Origin: Cyanophora paradoxa CCMP329
Taxonomy: Eukaryota > Plantae > Glaucophyta
Reading direction: 5' to 3'
Assembly: GCA_004431415.1 (NCBI GenBank)
Contig: QPMI01000534.1
Coordinates: forward strand, 186,001-250,000
Length of the DNA stretch: 64,000 nucleotides
Made by a program: the position numbers and the translations under genes. Below the pieces are notes generated by a model. It did not search any database. It was not told the origin of the DNA and saw nothing but the letters and a program-made list of their open reading frames with translations. Each line of letters opens with the position of its first letter. Positions within the stretch are counted from its first letter, which is position 1. Positions 1 to 10,249 of the stretch are shown one piece after another.

Positions 1-1089
1 CTGCTCCGGGGGTACGAAGATCGACGGGTCCTTGGGGGGGGGGGGGGGGGGGGAAGGGGGGGGGTCAGAGTGCGGAGAAGGGGGCGGGGGGGAGCGGGCG
101 CGGGGTACGGCGCACGACGCCGCGGGCGGTGCCATAGCGGGCGAGGACCTGCTCCCTGAACGCCGCCACGCGCTGCCAGTGCTGGCTCCCCTGCGAGCCC
201 AGCCGGATGCTGCGGGGCGCGTCGGGGGTACGGGAGCGGGCGGGGGATACGCGCGCCTGACGAAGTGCGTGTAGGGGAGGCTGCGGAGTGCCTCCTCCAT
301 GATGATCTCCACGCGCGTGCGCGCCGACGAGACGGCCGCCTGCGTCGGGCCCCGGATCACTGCGGCGGGAGGCGCGGTGAAGGTCAGTCAATCGCAGGGG
401 CGAAGGCGAGGGGCGGCGGGAGGGACGGGGGCACCGATCTCCTCGGCGGGGTCGTCCTGCCGCGGGATGGCGATCGTCGCGCCCGTCTCCGACTGGATCT
501 GAGCGCCGCCGCCGGCAGTGAGCGTGGAGGGCGAACGGGCATTGGCCTACGCCGCTATGCGACGCATCGGTCCGAACGGGGCGCGCGAGCGGCTTCGCAC
601 CTTGTTCTTGGTGGCCCCTTGCCTGCCGATGAGGAACCGGAAGCTGCGGGGCGGCGTCAGGGGTTGGCAGGCGTCGGCGGGTCCGACGGAGGTCTGCTTC
701 GAGCGCCGCCGCCATTCTTAGCACTCGCGCGCTCTTCTGAGGCTAAAGCAGAACAGATCTAGGTCCCTGTTGCACGGCTGCACGCCGCGCGCCCGCGGGG
801 GAACTCCAGGTCGAGCGAGCCATGGCCAGGGGCTGCATGGGGAGCAGGGCACGCACAAGTCGCGCGCGAGGGGAATCCGCAGCTTAAAGCCGTCACCGTC
901 GCGCTGGATGGCCGCGTCCGCATCGTCCGCGTCCACGAACGCGTCGTCCTCGAAGCCGTCCTCCTCCTCTTCATCGTCGAAGTCCTCGTCGTGCTGCAGG
1001 ATCGCATCCTCGCCCTCGTCCAGCGGCACTCGGTACGTGCGCTCCCCGATGGACACGAGGCGGACGCGCCCGCCGCCAACAAGCGCCAT
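1..1089 (-). CDS. ASCC1: ASCC1-like protein (KH domain + 2H-phosphoesterase/AKAP7-like), 3'-partial, spliced
   Basis: Spliced reading: MALVGGGRVRLVSIGERTYRVP, acidic tract, FFRFLIGRQGATKNKIQSETGATIAIP (KH GxxG loop), SARTRVEII, LPYTHFVSIRL, DPSIFVPPEQ at the window edge just before the expected HxT motif. Confidence 0.85.
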
Positions 1090-1448
1090 CTCCTGAGGCG
1101 CGGCGCAGCGTGAGGCATGGCCGCGCGCCGAGCACTCAACGACAAGTGAAGTGAGCACCTCGATGAGAGTGAAGAGAGCTAAGCTAGCGAGCGAGTTGCG
1201 CTTGTGCAAACGAAGATAACAGTACCCCACCCATTCAGACGAAGTTCAGGTCTTGGGCTCCCAGGCGAGCGCGAACAAGCTGCAGGCGCGGTCTACAGAT
1301 ATCTCTGCCTAGCTGCCCTCCCGACAGCACATCCTGAAGCGCACCTGGAGCGTTCGCATACCGTGGCCGGAGCGTCTGCCAGTCTGGAGCTGAGCGTTCG
1401 CATCGCGGTCGCTGAGGTCGCGCTCGTCAGTCTCTGCGCTCCGAATTG

Positions 1449-3335
1449 ATGACCGAAGATACCGATCCATCCTCGAATTCGGAGGCTCCGCTCGAACAAC
1501 GGAGGCGCCGGCTTGAGCGGCACCCAGCTGATCCTTTCCCCTTCACGTACGTCGTGCGCGAGGGCGTGGATAGGAGCCTGATCACAGCGCTCGCGCTGGA
1601 GAGTCCTCTGCGCGGCATCGCGCCCGTCCTTGAGGCGAGCGAGGCCGCGGTCGCCTGCTTCGAGCTCCTACACACGAACTTCAATGAGTGCGCACGCGAC
1701 GCAGGTATGCACTTGACCCAGCTCCCGGCTATCGGCTCGCGCCGGCGTGCTGATCTTGACGCGTTGCAGGCACGTCCCGAGCGGAGGCGCGGCTTGCAAT
1801 CGAGCGGGAGCAGATCAGCATCGAGGATCTGAAGCTGCTGCTCGACCTCGGCTCGGGGGCGGCGGCGGAGGACGACGGGGCGCTGGTGGCGCGGCTCGTC
1901 GACATGGGCCTCGGCCTCGACGAGCTCTTCGCCCTCCTCAAGGCGCGTGCCCCGCATCTCGAACGCCCCGCGCTTGCACTGCGGCAGGTCCGCCTCGGCT
2001 GACGGCGCGCGGTGGCCCCGCAGTACGCCGTGTTCCTTCAAGCGCGGCTTTCCTTCTGCGACGGGATCGGCCTCGCCATCCGCTGCCGCATCTGGCGGAA
2101 AGTGCTCGAGGACGTACTCAAGTCCGACGAGGGGCTGCGCAGAATATGGGGTGCGGACTCCGACCACGACCATCGTAACTGGGTTGCGCTTCCTCCCGCG
2201 CCTTCGGTATGCACGTACATGTGCGATGGGATTCACCCGCGGCGGCAGGGGATGGTGTACGCTCGGGAGATCGTGTCGCTTCTGCCGCTGGGGTCGGGCC
2301 GGACGGCGTGGGCGTTCCTCGAACCCCTCGCCGAGCGCTCCCGCCGTGTGCGTTAGCATCCACCGAGATTCATTAAAACTTCATGATCTGGAGCTTACAG
2401 CGGCGCAGCACTTCGGGCCCTCGCCGGCCGAAGGCGTCGCGCCGGCCTCGAGGTCGCCACCCGCGAATAAAGGGCCCGCGGCCGCGGCCGCGGCCGGGGG
2501 CCCGCCGCCGCAGCCCTACGTGTACGCCACGGCCGGCCCCACCGCCCCTCTACCCGATCCCCGCATCGCTGCAGCCTGTCGGCTCTTTGAGACTCTGGTG
2601 CGGACGTGCGCCGCTTGCCTTGTGTGTTTGAGCCGACCCCCCGCGGCCGGCAGAGAGTCGCGCTCGCGGCATTCGACCCCTACGACGCTGCCGTCGCCTC
2701 CGAGATCCGAACCCGCGAGGCGCAGCTGCCATCGAGCGTCTTCCTGGGTGCGTCACCCTCGGACGCCCCGCCATGGCCAGTACCCCCCCCCCTCTTCAAC
2801 CCCGCTCAGGCGTCCTGGACCCTGGGAGCACCGGCACGCTTGCGGGCGTTCCAAGGTTCATCGCGGGGGTACGCCGATCGGCGGCGGCGCTCGCGGCATG
2901 CCTCCCCCCGGACCTGTTGAGAGCCGCGGCCGAGGCCCCAAGGCGTCGAGACGATGGGAGGCCGTCGCCGGCCCTCGAGCGCCTTGTCCACGACTTCCTC
3001 GCGTCCCGCCTCGCCGCCGTCCTCGCCTCCTGCCTCCGGGGCGCCGACCCACCCGCCCCTGACGCCAGCGCCATCGGGGAGGTTGCGGCGGTACCCCCGA
3101 CCCGCCCGCGGCCGCGGTTCGCATCTCCGTACCCCCGCCGACCCCCTCGTGATCGGCAGATCATGCGGGAGTGCCCGCTGGGCCTGGTTCCTGCCCGCAT
3201 GCTGCGAGAGCAAGAGCGCCCGCCTTCTCGACGAGGCGCGAGATATGATGTCGAGGCCCTTCTCACGGGCGTCTCGAGGCTGCTGGCCCCGATCCACGGG
3301 AGCTGGCCCGGCCCCAGCCTTCACGACGCCGTGCG

Positions 3336-3371
<36 letters not shown>

Positions 3372-3819
3372 TTTTCTAGATCTGAGGAATCCTCTATCGT
3401 CGGCGATATATATAATTCCCCCTGCAGGTCCCCCACATAGCGAAGACGGCCGAGCTCTTTGCCGGGCACATCGCCGAAGGCCTGGGCGAATACCAAGGTA
3501 TACGTACCCCCTCGACCCGCCCCCTCCCTCCTCCACGCTCCACCCTCTGATCCCGGACCCGGCCGCGGCCGCGGCGCTTGCAGAGGCGCGCACGTACAGG
3601 GCGGGGCTGTACCTCGGCGGGTCTAGATCTGACGGCTCCAGCGCGGCGCCGGCACAGGAGCTGCAGCGGCTGCTTGTCGCGACCTTCCGCCGCCTCGAGA
3701 ACGCCCACATGCGGACTTGTGGTCTCGGCATCGGCACCTGGGCCCGGGCTCATGATCACAGCCCCTACACGTATATGCACAATCCTCTCGAAGTCATCGA
3801 TGTCGATAGCGATAGCTAG
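1449..3819 (+). CDS. Orphan multi-exon protein, family copy A
   Basis: Spliced exons HPADPFPFTYVVREGVDRSLITALALESP / IEDLKLLLDLG...LGLDELFALLK / YAVFLQARLSFCDGIGLAIRCRIW. Homologous over much of its length, with shared intron positions, to the minus-strand gene at 10250-13125. Confidence 0.65.
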
Positions 3820-4005
3820 TGCTAGCTGCATTCGTTTGATAGCGCTAGCTATATAGCAATACCAGTGCTAGTAGGCCTAGGCTAAATTGAACATGAGCTA
3901 GCGCTATAGCGCTACTAGGCTAGCGCTAGCTAATAGCTATAGCTACGTCCGCGTTCCGCCGGCGCACGCGGCCGCCGGGCCGAGAATCGAAGAAGCTGCG
4001 ATAAC

Positions 4006-5591
4006 CACAGCGCTTCAAAAGAATATTTTTCCGCCAAGTCGAGGGGGGGGGAGAATCCGGGTTACTATGGCGTGAAGTTGTCGCCATCATCCCGGCTAGC
4101 TAGCGCGCTTCGATGGAGTGCGAACGCGTCAAAAGCGATAGCTAGAGCGCGCTACAAGGCCGGATTCCGTGTCCCCGCTCCCCCAGTGAGCCCGGATTCA
4201 AAAAGTGGGTGCGTGAACAGCCGTCCCCGCTTCAGGGCGCCGATCTCGCGCTAATCGCCTTGTAGCAGCTCTTAGAATGATGCAAAACTAACATTGGCTA
4301 TCGCTACAGGAAGGGCCGGGTTCGCTTTGATGGTCACGGTCGGCGGCCCTCCGCCCAGTGTGAGCCACGGCACCAGCGGCGGACCCCCGCCGCCACTGAC
4401 AGCGAGCGGCCTACGTGCGCATCGATCATCTTAGCCAGAAACTGCAACAAGCGACCGGCGAGCGCACCAGGGTAGCAAGGCGCCGTGGTGCCATGGTGGT
4501 CATCTTGGCCATTCCGGCGGCGCTCGCTGCATCCCCGCAGTTTAGCCAGCTTATGTGGACAATGAAGTGGTTTCATACCGTAGAAGCGCACCAAGACACG
4601 CCGTGGGCGCCGTGGTGGTGAACTGGCTGCAGGTCTCTAACTGGTGGTGCAGAGTTAGGGGCGCACAGCGCAGCGCCTGGGCCGGGAAGCAGCGCGCATA
4701 GTTTATATCTAACATATAGAAAGAGAAGCACGCACTTCCGGGCGGCGGGGCTCAGTTTCCAGGTCGGCGGTCCGCGAACCACCCCCCTTCGCGCGGCGAG
4801 GCCGGGCGCGCCACGCGCAGCGCGGCGGCGGGTCAGGGCTTGCACGCGGATAGTGCACATGCATGTCAAAGTGCTGGCGTACCGCTAGAGGCACATGGCG
4901 TCGGAGAAGAGCGAGGTGCGACCGAAACGCGATGGGGGCAAACTGATCTGGGGCACGCGACCGCTTCCCGTGAGCGGAACCGAGCCACGATCGCCGAGAG
5001 AGGTACGCACATGGATAATAGAGCCCTAGAACGCATACAGGGTGAGCGGCGCCGCGTTGGTGGGGCAGGCGTAGGACAGCCGGGAGGCACCCCTCCGTCC
5101 CAACAAGCAGACGCTGCGCGGGCGGCTTACATCGCAGCTAGTGGATGGATATGCATCAAGAAGACAGGAAAGACACCTGCCGGCGAGCTGCGCCCAGAGA
5201 TCCGAAAGTCGCTCCGAGCTTCCGCGCCCGAGATGCGCTGCCAGGCCGCCGGGCGCGCGTGAAGCCCCCGGAAGTGCTGTACTACGTCCAGAAAGAGCGC
5301 TGGTCATGCTGGCTGGTCGGTGGATACGTCGGATGCGCCGCTGGCCTCAGGCCGCTCAGCAGCCGATTCCTGGGCGGGCGGGCGATCCGGGCAGCCTCAG
5401 GTGGCGAGGACCCGTCCAATCGATGTTAGCTAGGCAATACTGCTTGCTGCCAGAGCAAGAGGCGATGGCGTGGAGGTCGCCGTCGCCGTGCCTTAACGCT
5501 GAGGCTAGCGCTTGGACTCTAGCGTACCCCTTTTGGGGGGGGGATAAATGAATTTCGACTTGGCGCTAATAAATTCTTTTGAAGCGCTGTG
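4006..5591. mobile_element. Non-autonomous TIR DNA transposon, CAC termini, 3-bp TSD (CMC/EnSpm-Chapaev-like)
   Basis: Left TIR 4006-4042 CACAGCGCTTCAAAAGAATATTTTTCCGCCAAGTCGA vs reverse complement of 5555-5591 CACAGCGCTTCAAAAGAATTTATTAGCGCCAAGTCGA (33/37 identical). AAC at both 4003-4005 and 5592-5594. Subterminal GCTACAAGG at 4151 (+) and 4258 (-). No transposase recognised. Confidence 0.8.
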
Positions 5592-5653
5592 AACGTTCTA
5601 GCTAGCGCTGCCCGAGGCCGCGCGCGCGCTGCCCGGCCGCCGGGCCACTTTGC

Positions 5654-6526
5654 AATTGAATTCGGCTGCGGGATCGGCTTCCCCGATCTCCTCCCGGACT
5701 CGTGGTCGTACCCGTCGCCGGCTTGCCGAGCCTACGTACGCGTCTCCTTCTACTTCCCTCCGGCGGTTTGCCGGGCCGGACCCTCCGGCCTTTGTTCTTG
5801 ATACCGGACCGCCGCCTTTGCCTTCGTCTTCTGCTTCGCTGGTCGTATCCCGCCGGCGCCGGCGTACCGTAGTACTTCGTCTTATAGTTTAGTTCGGTCT
5901 AGTTCGGATTCTGATCGTAGTGTTGATGCTAGAGTTAGTTTCAATACTAGCTATAGTCCTCGTGCTCGACCTGTTGTTCGCCGTCGTTTGCAGTTCGATT
6001 GCCCGCCTCGACCCCGGTCGGCTTTAGTGATTCCTTTGACTGTCCTTTTGCCTGCTCTTGATCCGCCTGCTCCGCCTCCTGTGTCCTCCTCGACCTTGTG
6101 CCGTAGCAGTGCCCTTTCGCGTCGTCCTGCTTCGCCTCCGCCTCCGCGTCGTCTTGTTGTTCCTCTTACTTGTCTGCTTCCTGTTATTTATCTTTCAAGT
6201 TTCTCAAATTTGTCCTCCGCTTCTTAGTGATGTAATTCCTTCCGATATTGATATCGATGGTATCTCTAGCTCTGGCTCTTCTTCGTGTCAGTCATCCTCT
6301 GTCCCTAGATCTGCTCGATTTCTCGTCTCTTCTCGATCTGTCTCGAGCTCTGTGTCTTTTCTTTTTTATTGTCGATTTTGGCTCTTTGTCTTATCTTTCT
6401 TCGTGCTCCTGTCTTAGTTATTTTGCTTTTTTGTCTTTAGGCCCCCTGGGCAGCCCCCGCAGTGCTGGTGTCTAGAGACTGTACATGTGGCCGGTAATTC
6501 ACCAAAAAAAAAATTGAATTCGGCTG
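5654..6526 (+). mobile_element. Candidate retroposed insertion (poly(A) tail + 15-bp direct repeat)
   Basis: AATTGAATTCGGCTG at 5654-5668 and 6512-6526. An A10 run at 6504-6513 abuts the second copy. The interior is T/C-rich, and part of it recurs at 61190-61225. Confidence 0.45.
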
Positions 6527-6895
6527 GCGAGCTCCGAGGCTCGACTCTCTCGCGATCGATCGCGATCGGCGAGCAGCCCGCGCGCGGCCGGCGGCCAGCT
6601 GCAGCGCGGGGGTCACGTTAAAGCTGCGTACGTATATATATACGTATACACAGCTATAGTGATCCTGCATGCACTTCGGAGCGAGCCTCGGAGCGACTTC
6701 GGCTTGTGCGAACGAAGGCGTCAGTACCCCAAAGACTAGAGACCGCGTTTAGAGCTGCGAAACCAACGAGCGGCGGGACAGGCACAACGCATTTTCGGTA
6801 GCTGAGCACCGTGAGGAAGCCGAAACTAGCGTAGCGTCGCCCCCAGCAGCGGGAGTGCCGAGCGAGCGGCCGGCAATCCTCCGGCCGCCGGCAAG

Positions 6896-9800
6896 ATGCC
6901 TAGCGTCATGCAGGATGCACTATCGTCCGCTTCGAACTGGGGCGAGTATGTGAGGGCTACGGTGCGCGAGAAAGCCGCGCATCGCGTCGCGCAAGCTCGT
7001 TTAGAGCGGGGAGGCGGCGGCGTGGGCTTCTGTGGTCTTTCTAGGCGTAGCTAGGAGCTGCAGTGGCATTCCCACCGTCGCCCCGCCGCCGACGCTTCCA
7101 CCCCCAGGTCAAGGAGAAGCAGTCGACCCCATGGGACAAGGCTGGGCTGGTCCGTTCGCGGGCGGCGCGGCATTCGGGGCCGCTTCCGACGCCCTTGCGC
7201 CCCGCAGAGGCCTGAGCCGGTGTCGAGGCCGCACCCGAAGCCGGGGGCGAATCCCATCCTGCAGTCGATGGACGCCTCCACGACGCGCGCGTTCACCGAG
7301 AAGCAAAACGTGGACGCCAACCGAGGATGGGTTCGCTTCTCCGCCCGCGCCCCGCGCCCGCGCCGGCGCCGGCCGCCCCGCGCAGCTGAGGCCGAGCGGC
7401 GCGCAGAACAAGTCGCTGGAGCAGGGGCGGGGGCAGCGCTTCGACATCCTCTCGCAGGAGGAGCGCGTGGCCGTGCGGACGCCGCGCCGCTCGCAGGCGC
7501 CCAACCCGCCGGCCCGCGACCTCGCCGCCGAGACCTTCGCCAAGCAGAAGGCCTACCTCCACAACAGCGCGCAGGCGCGCCCGCCCGCCCGCCTCCCGGC
7601 GCCGCGCGGCAAACCTTAGCCTCGCTGAGCTCGGGGCGGGCGGGCGGGCGCAGAGCACGCGGGTGGACTACAACGTGCTGACGACGAAGCACTTCACGGA
7701 GCAGCACTGGCTGGCGCCCGAGCTGCGCCCCGAGATCCTCCGCGGCGCCGAGCGCGAGGAGAAGGCCGAGCGCGCCCGCGCCGCCCGCGCCTCCACGCTC
7801 CTCAACGCCGTGCGCCCCCCCCCCCCCGCCCGCCCACCCATCTCCCTCTCGAGCCCCACGAATCCTAATCTCTCCGCTGCGCGCAGGGCTCGCGGGCGGA
7901 CTTCGACATCATCACGGGGGAGCTGCACGGGGATGGGGCCGCGAAGACGGCGGCCGAGCGGAAGGCGGCCTTCGACCGGGCGGTGGCGCTGCGGAACAAG
8001 GCGGCGACGGAGAGCGTGCACCCGATCCTCCAGACCTTCGGCGAGGAGGCGGCCGAGCAGCGGCAGCGGGAGGCCGACGCCGCCGAGTGGGAGACCCTCC
8101 GCCGCAACAAGGCGCGCGCCCGCCCGCGCCCCTCTCGGAGCCGTGCCCCGGCCCGTTATCGGACTGACGCCTGAGCGCAGGCGAAGCAGCAGCCGCCGCG
8201 GTACCGCATCCGGGAGGGGGCGGGGATGGACCTCACCTCGGGCATCGTCAGGGACGAGACCATCCTGGCGCAGGTCCGGCCCCGCCCGGCGCCCCTTTCC
8301 TTCGTTCGCTTCGCCTCGCCCCGCCCCGGCCCGACGATCGATCTCCTGCAGGCCGAGTCTCGCCTCCGCGCGCGGAACGAGGTGCGGGCGCGCAAGCACA
8401 CCTTTGAGGCGGAGCAGGTACCCCTCTTTTCTTCCACCCGCCCCCCGCACCCCCGTGCCCACAGGGGGGTACAGGTGTCGCGGGGGGACGCGGAGGGCGC
8501 CGCGGCGGAGGTCAAGGCGATGAACCGCCTCGCGACGCACTTCGGTAACCCCTCTTATCTCCCCCCCCCCCCCCTCCCACGCCGACGGGGTCGGGCCTGG
8601 GGCAGTGGCGGACGCGCGGCGGGCGGACATCATCACGAACGTGCCGGTGGAGGGCGGGGAGGGGGCGCCCCTGGACGGCCACTCGGTGGCGGAGCTGAGG
8701 GCGCGGCCCCTCTGGAGCACGCTGCGCACCCTCGAGGAGCGCACCGCCGCCGAGGAGGAGGAGCTCAGGCGCACCGCAGCGGCGGCGGCGCCCTCGGCCT
8801 CGAGCACGGCGGCGGCGGCGGCGGGGGCGCTGCGCCTGCAGCTGGATGCGACGGCGGCCTCGCAGCAGCAGCAGCTGGCGGCGTCGCTGACGGCCTCGCC
8901 GGGGCGCGCCGTGGACGCCGGCCCGCTCCGCCCCCTCGACGTCCCCTCGTCCCCACCGGCGAGGACTGGCCCCGCGCCCAGGCGAGCCCCGCCCCGTCCC
9001 TTCTCCCTGCTTTGTTCGGCTCTGACGGCGGGGCGGGGCGACAGGTGGCGCGGCCGGAGGGGCGGCTCCCCGCCCACCACTCGATGTCCGAGGCATCTCC
9101 CGCCGCCTCCGCGCCGAGGCCGCCGCCGCCGCCGGGCCCCCTCGCCCCGCCCCGCACCGCCGGCCCCGCACCGCCGCGCCGGCCCCAGCCGAGGGCCCGG
9201 CCGGCGTCCCGGCGGCGTCGGCGGGCGAGGACGAGGAGGCGGCCGCGGAGGAGCTCGCGGCTGCGGCGGCCCCCGCGGGGCGGCGGAGGGGATGCTGCCC
9301 ATGGGCCACAGCGCTAGCGTCCCGGCCTTCGGGCGGCGGGCCGGCGGGCCGGCGGAGGGCGCGTCGGGCGGCGGCGGCGCGGCCGGCGGGCGCGGCAGCG
9401 GCGTGGCCCGCACCACCGTCAACGTCGAGCCCTACGTCTCCAGTGCGCCCCGCCCCGCGCCCCGCTCAGAGAAGGGAGCCTCCTCGGATTCGAACCGGGG
9501 CCCGGGGCGCAGTGCCGTCGGGCCACCTGCTGGGGGCGGAGAGCGGGAAGAAGCTGTACGCCCGCGCGCTCCTCGACAACTACGCCCCGACGCCGGCGTC
9601 ACGCGCCCCGCCCGCGACTTCTTCGCGCGGTACCCCCTTCCCACCCGCCCCCCCCCCCCCCCCCCCCCCCCCGCATTTTCGATCTCTGAGGCGGTACCCA
9701 GGGACGAGATGCGGCACCCGTCGCCCACGAGGGCCCAGCGGCTCGTGCTTGCGGCCCCGGCCCCGGCCCCGGCCCCGGCGCTGGCCTCGGCGGCCTCGGC

Positions 9801-9970
9801 CCCGCCGCGGCCCGGAGGCGGCGCACCAGGGGGCGGGGACGCCCAAGCCGGCGAGCCCGGCCCCGCAGGCGGCGGAGGCGCCGGGGAGCCGGGCCGGCAG
9901 CGCGGGGAGCAGGAGGAGGACGCCGGTGCGGACGGGCGGGTTCCAGAACGTGGACGCGTCCAAGCTGTGA
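6896..9970 (+). CDS. Uncharacterised flagellate-type protein with (F/Y)(D/N)I(I/L)(T/S)-like repeats, possibly axonemal; spliced
   Basis: Spliced exons give RFDILSQ, VDYNVLT, RDFDIITG, HPILQ, PPRYRIREG.MDLTSG, RADIITN and C-terminal VRTGGFQNVDASKL*. Family resemblance is recalled, not searched. First exon uncertain. Confidence 0.55.
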
Positions 9971-10249
9971 TCATGAATCGAATCCCCCAGCTCCCCAGCA
10001 CTAGTGTAGCAGACTCTCGACCGAGTCGACAGGACGCGTAAAATCATTGAATGCGATTGGTTTCTCCTGGTTAAAAATTGCAAGAATCGACATATGCATG
10101 GACAACGGGGGGTACTGACTAGCTACGCAGAGACGTGAGCCCGTCTCAACATCTACTCTTAGGACCGCAGATTGGCCGACGGACCGGAAGCGCGGCCTAA
10201 CTACTCATGCAGTGACTTGGGCATCACAGACTCGAGATCTGCACAAAAT

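Noticed and set aside
4006-4042. RAG/Transib assignment from the RSS-like CACAGCG end
   Set aside because: Transib/RAG-like elements make 5-bp TSDs. The flanks (ATAAC / AACGT) support only 3 bp, and there is no nonamer at 12/23 spacing.
5010-5430. Possible non-LTR reverse-transcriptase remnant (GGAG...AAYIAAS) inside the TIR element
   Set aside because: Only a vague motif echo, with no RT core (YxDD) or continuous frame.
10041-10053. AAATCATTGAATG shared with 61565-61577
   Set aside because: A 13-bp AT-rich match without extended homology, too weak to call a regulatory element.
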